A stretch of DNA of 39,522 nucleotides from Chthoniobacteraceae bacterium (GCA_031409655.1 JANNXQ010000154.1:1-39522); one strand, 5' to 3'. Positions 9,400-18,462 are shown, counted from the first letter of the stretch. Numbers and translations: made by a program. Notes: generated by a model not told the origin, from the sequence alone.

Positions 9400-9558
9400 G
9401 CTTTGCGCTCCCGCGTCGAGAGAAGTTTGGGGTTTAGTGGGGACGGAATTTTTCGGATGTTGTCGATGGCGATAACGCACGAGCGCATAGCGCCCGGCAT
9501 GGGGTCGCCACGGCCCTAAGCCGGGTTTTGCGAAGGCGCCGGGCGTGCGGATCCGGGG

Positions 9559-10848
9559 TTACGCGCCGAGGCGGGCGGGCTGGCCGGTGCTCTCGAGCAC
9601 GGCGTGCCAGAGGTCGCGCTTCGGGTCCACTTTGGCGCGGCCTTGCGTGGCGATCCAGACGGGCAGATGGACAAAGGCCCCGTGCCAGCGGCCCACGAGC
9701 ATGCTGGTCTTGCCGGCCATCGCGGCGTGGACGGCGTGTTGCGCGAGTTGCGAGCAGTAGAAATTATCCGCGGCATTTGCGGGGACGCTGCGGATCAGGT
9801 AGCTCGGGTCGATGTACCGCAGCGCGGCGTCGAATTTCCGCTCCTTGAAAAAAGCGTTGATCCGGTCCTTCAGAAAGATGCCGATGTCTCCGAGCTTCTT
9901 ATTGCCGCTCGCATCGCTGCCGCCGGCGGCCTGGATCAGATCCTGCCCCGCGCCTTCTGCCACGACGATCACGGCGTTCTTGCGTTTGGCCAGGCGGTAG
10001 CGGAGTTGCTCGAGCAGGCCGCGCGGGCCTTCGAGTTCAAAGGGAATTTCCGGGATGAGGACAAAGTCCACATTCCCACCGGCCAGCGCGGCGTAGCACG
10101 CGATGAAACCCGAGTCGCGGCCCATCAGCTTGATTAGACCGATGCCATTCACGCACCCGAGCGACTCGACATACGCACACTTCACGGCCTGCACCGCCAC
10201 CGCAAAGGCCGTCTCGAAACCGAAGGACTTGTCGAGAAACATGATGTCGTTGTCGATCGTCTTGGGGATGCCGACGACCGCCTTTTTCAAGCCGCGCCGC
10301 TGGATCTCCGCCGCGATCTCCGCCGAGCCCTTCAGCGTGCCGTCGCCCCCGACCACGAAGAGCATGTCGATCTTCATGTCGTCCAGCGTATCGACCATGT
10401 CGCCGATGTCCTGCGGCCCGCGCGAGCTCCCGAGGATGGTGCCGCCGAAGTTGTGAATTTGCGCGACGGACTCGGGCTTGAGCGTCATCGGCGAATGGCC
10501 GTAGCGCTGGATGAGTCCTTCGTAGCCGTAGCGAAAACCGAGCGTGCGCGTGACGCCGTAGCGATAGTGGCACTGGGTGACGAGGCCGCGGATGATGTCA
10601 TTCAGGCCGGGACACAGGCCACCGCAGGTGACGATCGCGGCGGTCGTCTTTCCCGGATTGAAAAAGATCCGTTCGCGCGGCCCGGCCACTTCGAAGCTCA
10701 TCTCCCGCTGCGTCTCCACACCGGGAGCGATGCGGTGGTCGATGAGCACGCGCGCGGCGTCGGATTTGAAGTTCACCTCCAGCCCGCCGCTGTGGCGCAG
10801 GGGAGAGTCAAACTCGCAAGGCCCGAGAGATTGAATCGTCGTGTCCAT
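9559..10848 (-). CDS. pfkA: ATP-dependent 6-phosphofructokinase (long, group X-like)
   Basis: VTCGGLCPGLND, GGTILGSSRG, GGDGT (Gly at the ATP/PPi-determining position), PKTIDND, MGRDSGFIA, VAEGAG, YIDPSY. Confidence 0.93.
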   Translation of the reverse strand: MDTTIQSLGPCEFDSPLRHSGGLEVNFKSDAARVLIDHRIAPGVETQREMSFEVAGPRERIFFNPGKTTAAIVTCGGLCPGLNDIIRGLVTQCHYRYGVTRTLGFRYGYEGLIQRYGHSPMTLKPESVAQIHNFGGTILGSSRGPQDIGDMVDTLDDMKIDMLFVVGGDGTLKGSAEIAAEIQRRGLKKAVVGIPKTIDNDIMFLDKSFGFETAFAVAVQAVKCAYVESLGCVNGIGLIKLMGRDSGFIACYAALAGGNVDFVLIPEIPFELEGPRGLLEQLRYRLAKRKNAVIVVAEGAGQDLIQAAGGSDASGNKKLGDIGIFLKDRINAFFKERKFDAALRYIDPSYLIRSVPANAADNFYCSQLAQHAVHAAMAGKTSMLVGRWHGAFVHLPVWIATQGRAKVDPKRDLWHAVLESTGQPARLGA

Positions 10849-11041
10849 AAAACGGGGAGGTGCATGGCGGGCGCGGGCTCAAATCGCAAGGCAAAAGCCT
10901 CCGCGTTTCGCCCCTGCTGCCGGCGTCTTGCCGGTGGTGCAAATTGAGGATTGAGCGCTTTCTGCCACCGGGCTTAGAACCTGCATTACTTTAGCCAGGA
11001 CGCTCCGTCCGGGGCAGCCCGCACCACACCTACCTCATCCC

Positions 11042-12988
11042 ATGAATATGTTTCGCACTTCCTCTCCCGAACCCCTCGAAGCCCGCATCGCGCCCGCCGT
11101 GATCATCCCTTACACGGACATCGATGGCGACCTCGTCAAGATCACCGATTCCTCCAATACGCTGACGCTCGCCGATCTCACGCTCTCTGGCGGGACGGCC
11201 GGTCAGTTGCAGACGCTGGATCTGACGGACCCCGGGTTCGCGGACGCGATCATCACCTTTTCGGTCGTCAAGAAGACCGGTGGCGACGGGGCCGCCCATG
11301 TCGGCTTTATCAATGCGACGGGAGTCGATCTCGGGAGCGTGACGATGAAGGGCGATCTCGGTCGAATCGTCGTCGGCGACGCGACGACGACGACTCCAGG
11401 GCTCGACGCACTCAATGCCCATTCGATCGGCGCCCGCGGTCTCACGACCCAGGGCGGCGGGGGGACGCTCGCCAGCATTGTCACGGGCGCACTCGGTAAG
11501 TTGACCGTGAAAGGCAGCGTGGTGGAGGCCAGCCTCTCGGTCGTCAGTGGCACCCTGGGCAGCGTCGCCATCGGGAAAAATCTCCAGGGCGGCAGCGCCG
11601 ACGGGAGCGGTTTGATTTCCAGCCAGGGGGCGCTGGGAAACGTCACCATCGGCGGCAGCATCCTTGGCGCAGGGGGCGATAATTCGGGTCGTCTCACGAG
11701 CGTGACTTCCATTGGGAATGTCACCGTCGGGCGGAATCTGCAGGGCAGCATCGGGGACGAGAGCGGCACCATCGAAGCTCCCTCGCTCGGGAAACTTCGC
11801 ATCGGCGTGAACATCGTCGGCGGAGGGGGCTCCGCCTCGGGCAGCATCCAGGCGACCGGCACGGTGGCTGATCTCCTGGTCGGACGGAGCGTCATTGGCG
11901 GATCGGCAGCGGACAGTGGTTCGATCGGGGCCGGAACGCTCGGTCCGGTGAAAATCGGGGGCGATCTTCTCGGTTCGACGGGCGCGGGTAGCGGCAGTAT
12001 CAGCAGCACCACCGGCGGGATCGGGAATGTGGCCATCGGCCACAGCGTCCAGGGGGCCTCCGGACCGGACAGCGGTTCCATCGTGAGCGCCACGACCCTC
12101 GGCAATCTCACGATCGGTCGCGGGTTGAGTGGCAACTCTGGCTCGAGCAGCGGACGGATCGAAAGCGCCGGGGATATGGGCTCCGTGACCATCGGCGGCG
12201 ACGTCCGCGGCGGTTCGGCGGATGGCACCGGACAAATTCTCAGCTCCGCGGGAGATATCGGTCGGGTCGCGATCGGCGGCTGGCTCCTCGGGGGCAGCAT
12301 CGATGGCGCCCTGGATCTTGCGGACAGCGGAGCCATCCGGGCCGAGGGAAGCATCGCTAGCGTGAGCGTGGGCGGCTCCATCTTTGCTGGCGTGGCCACC
12401 AATGGCGGCCGGCTTTTCCGGAGCGGGTCAGTGATCGCGGGGGCCGATCTCGGGCCAGTCAGCGTCGGCGGCTCCCTCCTCGGCAATAGCTCCAATACCG
12501 TCAAGATCATCGCCTCCGGCCAGTCGCAGCTCGTCCCGACCGTGGAAGATCGCGCCATCGCCAGCGTCACGGTGAAAGGCGACGCGAACTACGCGGAGAT
12601 CCTCGCCGGCTTCACCTCGAACTTTTTCGGGAACAATGCCGACGCCTCGATTGGTAGCGTCCGCGTCACCGGGGACTGGATCGCCGGGAGCATCGTCGCG
12701 GGCGCCGAAGATCTTCTCATCGTCAATGGCTACGGTATTGGCGACCGCTTGCAGACGGCTTTCGACGATCCCAATCAGATCGCGCGCATCGCGGAAATCA
12801 CCATCGGCGGCAGCGTCCTCGGCACCGCCGGAATTACCGACGACCACTTCGGGTTCGTCTCGCAGCGCATCGAGAAGGTGCGCATTGGCGGCACTCCGGT
12901 CGTGCTCACTACGGGCCCGAACAACGACGACCGTCTGATCGCCGGCACTAACGACTTCCGCATTCTCGAAGTGCCGGTATCCCTCTGA
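11042..12988 (+). CDS. Gly-rich beta-solenoid extracellular protein with N-terminal LEPRxLL/Planctomycete-extracellular-like motif
   Basis: N-terminal PEPLEARIAPA; about 12 repeats of 25-32 aa of the form GxVxIGGxLxGGxGxxSGxI; no Cys. Confidence 0.85.
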   Translation: MNMFRTSSPEPLEARIAPAVIIPYTDIDGDLVKITDSSNTLTLADLTLSGGTAGQLQTLDLTDPGFADAIITFSVVKKTGGDGAAHVGFINATGVDLGSVTMKGDLGRIVVGDATTTTPGLDALNAHSIGARGLTTQGGGGTLASIVTGALGKLTVKGSVVEASLSVVSGTLGSVAIGKNLQGGSADGSGLISSQGALGNVTIGGSILGAGGDNSGRLTSVTSIGNVTVGRNLQGSIGDESGTIEAPSLGKLRIGVNIVGGGGSASGSIQATGTVADLLVGRSVIGGSAADSGSIGAGTLGPVKIGGDLLGSTGAGSGSISSTTGGIGNVAIGHSVQGASGPDSGSIVSATTLGNLTIGRGLSGNSGSSSGRIESAGDMGSVTIGGDVRGGSADGTGQILSSAGDIGRVAIGGWLLGGSIDGALDLADSGAIRAEGSIASVSVGGSIFAGVATNGGRLFRSGSVIAGADLGPVSVGGSLLGNSSNTVKIIASGQSQLVPTVEDRAIASVTVKGDANYAEILAGFTSNFFGNNADASIGSVRVTGDWIAGSIVAGAEDLLIVNGYGIGDRLQTAFDDPNQIARIAEITIGGSVLGTAGITDDHFGFVSQRIEKVRIGGTPVVLTTGPNNDDRLIAGTNDFRILEVPVSL

Positions 12989-13228
12989 GACGCGGTCTCC
13001 AGCGCGGGCAGTGCTGATCTCGGGCCTTCTCGCGATGGGAAATCTCGCGGCGATTCGTTTACGCCACTCCTCTCAAGGGTGAGCACCCGCCACGCGCCGT
13101 GCCCACCGTGCGCGGTCAGGAGACCGGTCGGAACGCGGGAGCACACCGTCGCGCGGAGCCGCTCGCCCACCCACTATTTCTCTTGAGCACCGGGCGGGAG
13201 CCGCGTTCTCTGTCGCGCTCCCGACCCC

Positions 13229-13780
13229 ATGATCTATGCCCTCTCGCTCGAACTCGCCCTCGTCCTCACCGGGCTCTTCCTGATCGCCATCCACGTGATC
13301 GCCCTGGTGCTGCCGCAGGCAACGCAGACGTGGCTGAAGGCTTTACCGCGCTCGAAGTCGATGGGCTGGGTGCTCTTCACCCTCGTGGCCGTCTGGGCCG
13401 AACTACTGGTGTGGAAGATCGACCTCGGCGAATTCACGCCCTGGCGCCCGCGCGTGCTCATCTTCATCCCGATCGCCTACGCGCTGACCATGATGTTCGT
13501 GGAGGAATTTCTCGCCGCCCGCGCGCTCGGGATGCTGGTGCTGCTGGTCGCTGAACCTCTGCTAGAGGCCGCTTTCCTCCGCCCGGAAGCGAGCCGGCTC
13601 CTGCTCGTCTCGCTGGTTTACGTCTGGGTGCTCTTCGGCCTTTTCTGGATCGGCATGCCCTACACCCTCCGCGATCAGATCGCCTGGGTGACGCGCTCGA
13701 TGGGCCGCTGGCGGCTCGCCGTCATGGCAGGCGTCGCTTACGGCGCGCTGCTCTTGGGCGTTCGCGCGACCCTTCATTGA
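13229..13780 (+). CDS. Hypothetical integral membrane protein (about 6 TM)
   Basis: 183-aa, highly hydrophobic ORF; EEFLAARALG and PYTLRDQI look like conserved loops. Confidence 0.8.
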   Translation: MIYALSLELALVLTGLFLIAIHVIALVLPQATQTWLKALPRSKSMGWVLFTLVAVWAELLVWKIDLGEFTPWRPRVLIFIPIAYALTMMFVEEFLAARALGMLVLLVAEPLLEAAFLRPEASRLLLVSLVYVWVLFGLFWIGMPYTLRDQIAWVTRSMGRWRLAVMAGVAYGALLLGVRATLH

Positions 13781-13866
13781 GCGTCACCTGGTATTGGCGG
13801 GTGCTCGGGCCGGAGGATTTCACAGCGCTTTGACGAGGCATGACAGTGGGCCAGTCGCGGGTCGCT

Positions 13867-15084
13867 TTACTTCGAGTTCGAGACCACGTCGTTCAGCTTG
13901 AAGATCGGCAGGAACATCGCGATGACGATGCCACCGACGATGACGCCGAGGAAAACGATGAGCAACGGCTCGATCAAGGACGTGAGCGCATCGAGGATGG
14001 CCTCGATCTCCTCGTCCCAGAAGTCCGCCATCTTCTCGAGCATGGCGTCGATCTTGCCGGTCTGCTCACCCGCGCTGACCATACGGACGAGCATCGGCGG
14101 GAAGATCGGTTCGCGCCCGAGCGCATTGGCCATGTGGTCGCCCTTTTCGATCTCCCCCTTCACCCGCTGGATGGCCACTTCGACCATGTAATTGCCGGCC
14201 GTATCGCCGACGATATCCAGGACCTCCAGGATCGGCACACCAGCCCGGATGAGTTGGGCAAAGGTGCGCGCAAAGCGGGTCATGCAGATCTTGTGTACGA
14301 GCGGACCGAAGATCGGGAGCTTGAGCTTCCAGCGATCCCAAAGTTGCCGCCCTTTCTCCGTCCGCACGAAGGTCCGCGTGCTGTAGAAGATGCCGACGAC
14401 GCCACCGACCAGCCAGTACCACTGACTGCGCACGAAGTCGCTAAGATCGAGGAGGAATTGCGTCGGACCAGGGAGCTGGGCACCGAAGTCGGCGAAGATT
14501 TCCCCGAAGACGGGAACCACGCGGACAATCAGGAAGGTGGTGATCGCGAAGGCGATGCAGATCACGATGACCGGATAGGTCATCGCGGATTTCACCTTCT
14601 TCCTCAGGCGCGACGCCGCTTCGAGGAAGCTCGCGAGCCGATCGAGAATTTCCGCGAGGAGACCGCCACTTTCACCCGCCTTCACCATCGCCGTGTAGAG
14701 GCGCTCGAAGATTTTCGGGTGCTTGGAGATCGCTTCAAAAAAGGAATCGCCCTGTTGCACGCAGGCGCTCACTTCACCCACCACGCGGCGCAGGCCGGCC
14801 TGTTTTTTCGGATCCGCCTGCTCGTAAAGCGCGGTCAGACCGGTGACGAGCGGGAGACCGGCATCGACCATGGTCGCAAGCTGCCGGGTGAAGAGCACGA
14901 GATCGGTCTCGGTGACTTTGCCGGGTTTGGCCATGGCCTTGCCGCCGGCTTTCTGCTGGATCGAGAGGACCATGAGGCCGCGGCCCATCAAAGTATTGAT
15001 GGCGTTGTCCTCGTTGATGGCCTCCTGAACACCGGCAATGGTTTTGCCTGCCGCATCGCGGGCTTGATAGGAGAACGTCAGCAT
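13867..15084 (-). CDS. pilC: Type II secretion / type IV pilus inner-membrane platform protein (GspF/PilC)
   Basis: FSYQARD, FTRQLATMVDAGLPL, MVKAGESGG, SAMTYP, MVSAGEQTG, LIEPLLIVFLG..VGGIVIAMFLPIF. Confidence 0.93.
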   Translation of the reverse strand: MLTFSYQARDAAGKTIAGVQEAINEDNAINTLMGRGLMVLSIQQKAGGKAMAKPGKVTETDLVLFTRQLATMVDAGLPLVTGLTALYEQADPKKQAGLRRVVGEVSACVQQGDSFFEAISKHPKIFERLYTAMVKAGESGGLLAEILDRLASFLEAASRLRKKVKSAMTYPVIVICIAFAITTFLIVRVVPVFGEIFADFGAQLPGPTQFLLDLSDFVRSQWYWLVGGVVGIFYSTRTFVRTEKGRQLWDRWKLKLPIFGPLVHKICMTRFARTFAQLIRAGVPILEVLDIVGDTAGNYMVEVAIQRVKGEIEKGDHMANALGREPIFPPMLVRMVSAGEQTGKIDAMLEKMADFWDEEIEAILDALTSLIEPLLIVFLGVIVGGIVIAMFLPIFKLNDVVSNSK

Positions 15085-15230
15085 AGGCTACTGCGAAAAG
15101 CATGTCAGGTGCCAGCGGCCCGGGTGTTCTGCGAGTCGGCGTCCGTCCGACGGGGTGCGGGGTGGGAGTATTTTTTCCACTCCATGATGGCAAAGTCTCG
15201 GATGTGCCGCAGGTTATCGGTGAAATGCCC

Positions 15231-16715
15231 ATGACCACCAACCGTCGCGATTTCCTGAAGACTGCCTCCGCGGCCACGCTCGGCGCCCTCGCGGCCAGGC
15301 CTTCGAAACTCTTTGGAAATACGTCTCTGGAAAAAATCGCGCCCACGGCGGACACGGTGATCGTGCTCTGGATGGGGGGCGGCATGGCGCACACCGAGAC
15401 GTTTGATCCGAAGCGGTATGCGCCCTTCGTGAAAGGGATGGCGTCGAATGATGTGCTCTCCACTTTTCCGAGCATTCCGACGGCCGTCGATGGCGTGCGC
15501 TTTTCCGAAGGGCTGGAGAAGCTCGCCGGGGTCATGGATCGGGCAACGCTCATCCGCACCGCGCAAGCCGCGGATCTCGGTTTCATCCTGCATTCGCGGC
15601 ATCAGTATCACTGGCACACCGGCTACGTGCCGCCGCAGTCGGTGGCCGCGCCGCACATTGGATCCGTGCTTGCGCGGACGCTCGGGCCGCGTGATCCGGC
15701 AGTGCCGGCGTTCATCAATATCGGCCAGCGCTTTGACCTCGGCGAAGCGGAGGAGCTGAAGGCTTTCACGACGGCAGGATTCCTCGGCAGCGAGCACGGA
15801 CCCTTCAATATCCCCTTCCCGCACGACGCAGCGAAAGCGGTGCGTCCGCCGGCGGGGATGACGCCGGGTCGTTTTGAAGATCGGAACAAATTCTACCGTC
15901 GGTTGCTGGAGGCGAGCCCGGTCGGGCAGCATGGCAGCGCCTTTCAGCGCGAGAGTTTCCTGCGCTCGATGGACAATGCGCACCGCCTGCTCAGTTCGCC
16001 TTCCGCGAAAGCCTTTGATCTCTCGCTCGAACCTGCGGCGAGCGCCGCGAAGTATGTGCCCGCGGGCTTCGATCCGTCGAAGATCGACTCCGCGAAACAG
16101 AATCGCGACGGCGATTACGAAGCCGCGACGATCGGCCGTTTTGGGCTCGGCTGTCTCCTCGCCCGGCGCCTCGCGGAAGTCGGCGCGCGCTTCATCGAAG
16201 TGACGACGGAGTACATTCCGTTCCTGAATTGGGACACCCATGAGAACGGCCACACCCGGCTCGTGAACATGAAGAAGATGATCGACGCGCCGATCGCGCA
16301 ACTCGTTCTCGACCTTGAAGAGCGCGGCTTGCTCGATCGGACGCTGGTCGTGCTCGCGAGTGAGTTTTCGCGCGACATGATGATCGAGGGCAAGGAAGGC
16401 TCCGCGGTGCGCACCCAGGCAAAGGTGCCGGCGACGATCGAAGAGCTGAAGTATTACGGCATGCACCGGCACTTCACCGAGGCGGGCAGCGTGTTGATGT
16501 TCGGCGGCGGCATGAAGCGCGGCCACGTGCACGGCGTCACCGCGGACGAGCGTCCATGCACGACGATCAAAGATCCCGTCATCATCGACGACCTGCACGC
16601 GACGCTCTACCGGGCCATGGGCATCTCGCCAAAGCTGGCCTACACCGTGGAAGAGCGGCCCTTCTACGTCACGCGCGATGGCCTCGGGAAACCGATCGAG
16701 AGCCTCTTCGCCTGA
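15231..16715 (+). CDS. DUF1501 domain protein with twin-arginine signal
   Basis: MTTNRRDFLK Tat motif; VLWMGGGMAHTETFDPK, GCLLARRLAEVGARFIEV, WDTH, DLEERGLLDRTLVVLASEFSR, DLHATL; start reassigned from 15102. Confidence 0.9.
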   Translation: MTTNRRDFLKTASAATLGALAARPSKLFGNTSLEKIAPTADTVIVLWMGGGMAHTETFDPKRYAPFVKGMASNDVLSTFPSIPTAVDGVRFSEGLEKLAGVMDRATLIRTAQAADLGFILHSRHQYHWHTGYVPPQSVAAPHIGSVLARTLGPRDPAVPAFINIGQRFDLGEAEELKAFTTAGFLGSEHGPFNIPFPHDAAKAVRPPAGMTPGRFEDRNKFYRRLLEASPVGQHGSAFQRESFLRSMDNAHRLLSSPSAKAFDLSLEPAASAAKYVPAGFDPSKIDSAKQNRDGDYEAATIGRFGLGCLLARRLAEVGARFIEVTTEYIPFLNWDTHENGHTRLVNMKKMIDAPIAQLVLDLEERGLLDRTLVVLASEFSRDMMIEGKEGSAVRTQAKVPATIEELKYYGMHRHFTEAGSVLMFGGGMKRGHVHGVTADERPCTTIKDPVIIDDLHATLYRAMGISPKLAYTVEERPFYVTRDGLGKPIESLFA

Positions 16716-16720
16716 CGGGG

Positions 16721-17977
16721 CTACAGCATTTTGTCCACCGCGGTCACGGCAGCGCCGAGGTAGTCGAGGATGCGCGCCTGCTCCGCGCTCGTCAGATTCG
16801 CCCGGCGCGCCATCCCGGAGACCGCCTTCTGCCAGCCGTCCGGCCCGCGCGAATCGACCAGCTCCAGATCGTGACACTCGGTGCAGCGCGCGGTGTAGAG
16901 CCGGTGGCCTTCCGCGAGCGCCTGCGCCGAGGCGGATGAGCCCGCAGCGGCGAGAAATGCGGGCGTCACGGGTGGAGCGGTGCGCTCCTCAAAGGCCGCT
17001 TGCATTTCCTTTTTGAGCACGAGGAGTTGCGGATGATCGGCACAGGCCTTCAGTCCGCGCTCGATCGCCGTGAGCGCATGCACCGCGCCCTTTTCAAACC
17101 GCCGCATCCGATTCGCGGCCTCGAAACTTTCATCCGCCTCCGCGACTTCCTTCGCGATGGGACTTTCGAGCGCCTTCAGATCGGCCCGGCCCGGCTCGGC
17201 TTCGAGTCCTTCGCGGATGATTTTCGTGGCTTCGTGCAGGCGATGCCGCGCGACCGCCTGCCGTCCGCGCAGCAAGGCGCGATTGGAAATGGCCACCCGC
17301 CTGGCCAGTTCCGCGCGATCAATTTTGGAGGGCACCGCGAGGGCGATCGGGACCGCGAGGCGATCGGCGCCTTCATCGAGCCACACGGCGAGCGTCAGGT
17401 GACCGAGTTTGGTGAGTTGCACCGCGGTGTCCCGCAGACTCTGCAAAGTCGTGGCCAGAGCTTGCCGGCTCGCCGTGCTGCCCGAGCGAGCGGCACCGGC
17501 GGCATGGAGCGCGCCCTGGACGCGGGTGGAAAGTGCGGGAGCCAGCGCGCGCTGCTGCGGATCCTGCGCCGCACGGAGGAGCAGCTGCCGCGCTTCTTCC
17601 CAGCGGCCATCGCGGAAGGCTCCCGCGCCGCGCAAAAGGTCTGCCCAGGCATCCGGCGGGCTCGGCTCCAGCGCGTCGGCCGGCAGCACCACCGCGATGA
17701 GGCTCCCGTCCTCCTTGCAGTAGGCGACGGACACGCGCCCACCCAACTCACTCCGCACCACGCTGAACTCCTGCCCCTTCGGCGCCCCGAGAAAATTTTT
17801 CCCTTCGTAAAGGAGGGTTTCGCTGCGGGTCAGGCGCACGGAGTCGCCGGGCGCGAAGGTGGTCGCAGCAATCAGCCGCCCGGCGCTCGCCATGGCCAGG
17901 ACCACGCCCGCTGCGAATCGCGAACGGCAAAAGCGGGAAAGGTGCGAAGGCGGGATCTTCATCCGAGGGAAATCCAT
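16721..17977 (-). CDS. Exported protein with helical/TPR-like region and C-terminal monoheme cytochrome c domain
   Basis: Signal-like N-terminus; EGHRLYTARCTECHDL (CxxCH) followed by WQKAVSGMARRANLTSAEQARILDYL; start could be 17977 or 17962. Confidence 0.75.
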   Translation of the reverse strand: MDFPRMKIPPSHLSRFCRSRFAAGVVLAMASAGRLIAATTFAPGDSVRLTRSETLLYEGKNFLGAPKGQEFSVVRSELGGRVSVAYCKEDGSLIAVVLPADALEPSPPDAWADLLRGAGAFRDGRWEEARQLLLRAAQDPQQRALAPALSTRVQGALHAAGAARSGSTASRQALATTLQSLRDTAVQLTKLGHLTLAVWLDEGADRLAVPIALAVPSKIDRAELARRVAISNRALLRGRQAVARHRLHEATKIIREGLEAEPGRADLKALESPIAKEVAEADESFEAANRMRRFEKGAVHALTAIERGLKACADHPQLLVLKKEMQAAFEERTAPPVTPAFLAAAGSSASAQALAEGHRLYTARCTECHDLELVDSRGPDGWQKAVSGMARRANLTSAEQARILDYLGAAVTAVDKML

Positions 17978-18011
17978 CTTTGCTCGGGATCGCGGGAAAT
18001 GACGAGGGTGG

Positions 18012-18055
18012 GAATAGAAAAACGGGCGCTCCCCGCTTACGCAAGGAGCGCCCGT
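18012..18055 (-). terminator. Intrinsic terminator downstream of the rhodanese gene
   Basis: 11-bp perfect stem ACGGGCGCTCC (18022-18032)/GGAGCGCCCGT (18045-18055), followed on the minus strand by TTTTTCTATTC. Confidence 0.75.
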
Positions 18056-18075
18056 CGTTTAAGGCTGTCGGCAGC

Positions 18076-18462
18076 TTACTTCGCGGCTTCGAGCTTTTCG
18101 CCCGCGCTCTTCCAGCCGGAGATGCCAGCGGAGAGATGCTTCACATTCGTGTAGCCGAGTTCCTTCGCGGCCTTGGCGGCGGCGGCGTAGGCGCCACAGG
18201 TCGGTCCACCGCAATACGCGACGACGAGGGCGTCCTTCTCCGCCGGCAGGGACTTGGCGATCTCGGCCTTCTTGGCCCGGAAATCGACCGCGCCGGGGAT
18301 GTGGCCGGCCTTGAAGGAATCGGAGCCATTCACGTCGAGGACGGTGACTTTCTTCGCTTCGATGGCGGCCTTGAGGTCAGTGACGCTGATGTCCGGGAAT
18401 TCACCGGCAAAGCCAGTAACGGCAAACAGAGCTGCAGCGAGGGTGGTGAGGAGTTTTTTCAT
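18076..18462 (-). CDS. Rhodanese-like domain protein with signal peptide
   Basis: MKKLLTTLAAALFAVTGFA signal; VLDVN..SFKAGHIPGA, VVAYCGGPTC, LGYTNVKHLSAGISGW. Confidence 0.92.
   Translation of the reverse strand: MKKLLTTLAAALFAVTGFAGEFPDISVTDLKAAIEAKKVTVLDVNGSDSFKAGHIPGAVDFRAKKAEIAKSLPAEKDALVVAYCGGPTCGAYAAAAKAAKELGYTNVKHLSAGISGWKSAGEKLEAAK

Noticed and set aside
8245..9480. N-terminal ~410 aa of the 719-aa lgt ORF, suggesting a fusion
   Set aside because: It overlaps the real plus-strand gene 8455-9399 in antisense; Lgt similarity starts only near 8244
9400..9558. Gap between convergent genes with CGCCCGGC...GCCGGGCG inverted repeat
   Set aside because: Only an 8-bp stem with a long loop and no U-tract; likely by chance at this GC content
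11558..12484. Periodic sequence that might be a CRISPR array or DNA tandem repeat
   Set aside because: The periodicity is at the protein level with divergent codons; there are no identical direct repeats with spacers and no cas genes
12990..13200. GC-rich intergenic segment with short palindromes, a possible REP or ncRNA
   Set aside because: No long stem and no second copy in the window; no recognisable RNA family
15105..16877. 590-aa minus-strand ORF and similar long antisense ORFs (586-1659, 13840-15234, 23328-24689, 31463-32662)
   Set aside because: They mirror well-supported genes, are Arg/Gly/His-rich and lack motifs; this is expected at high GC
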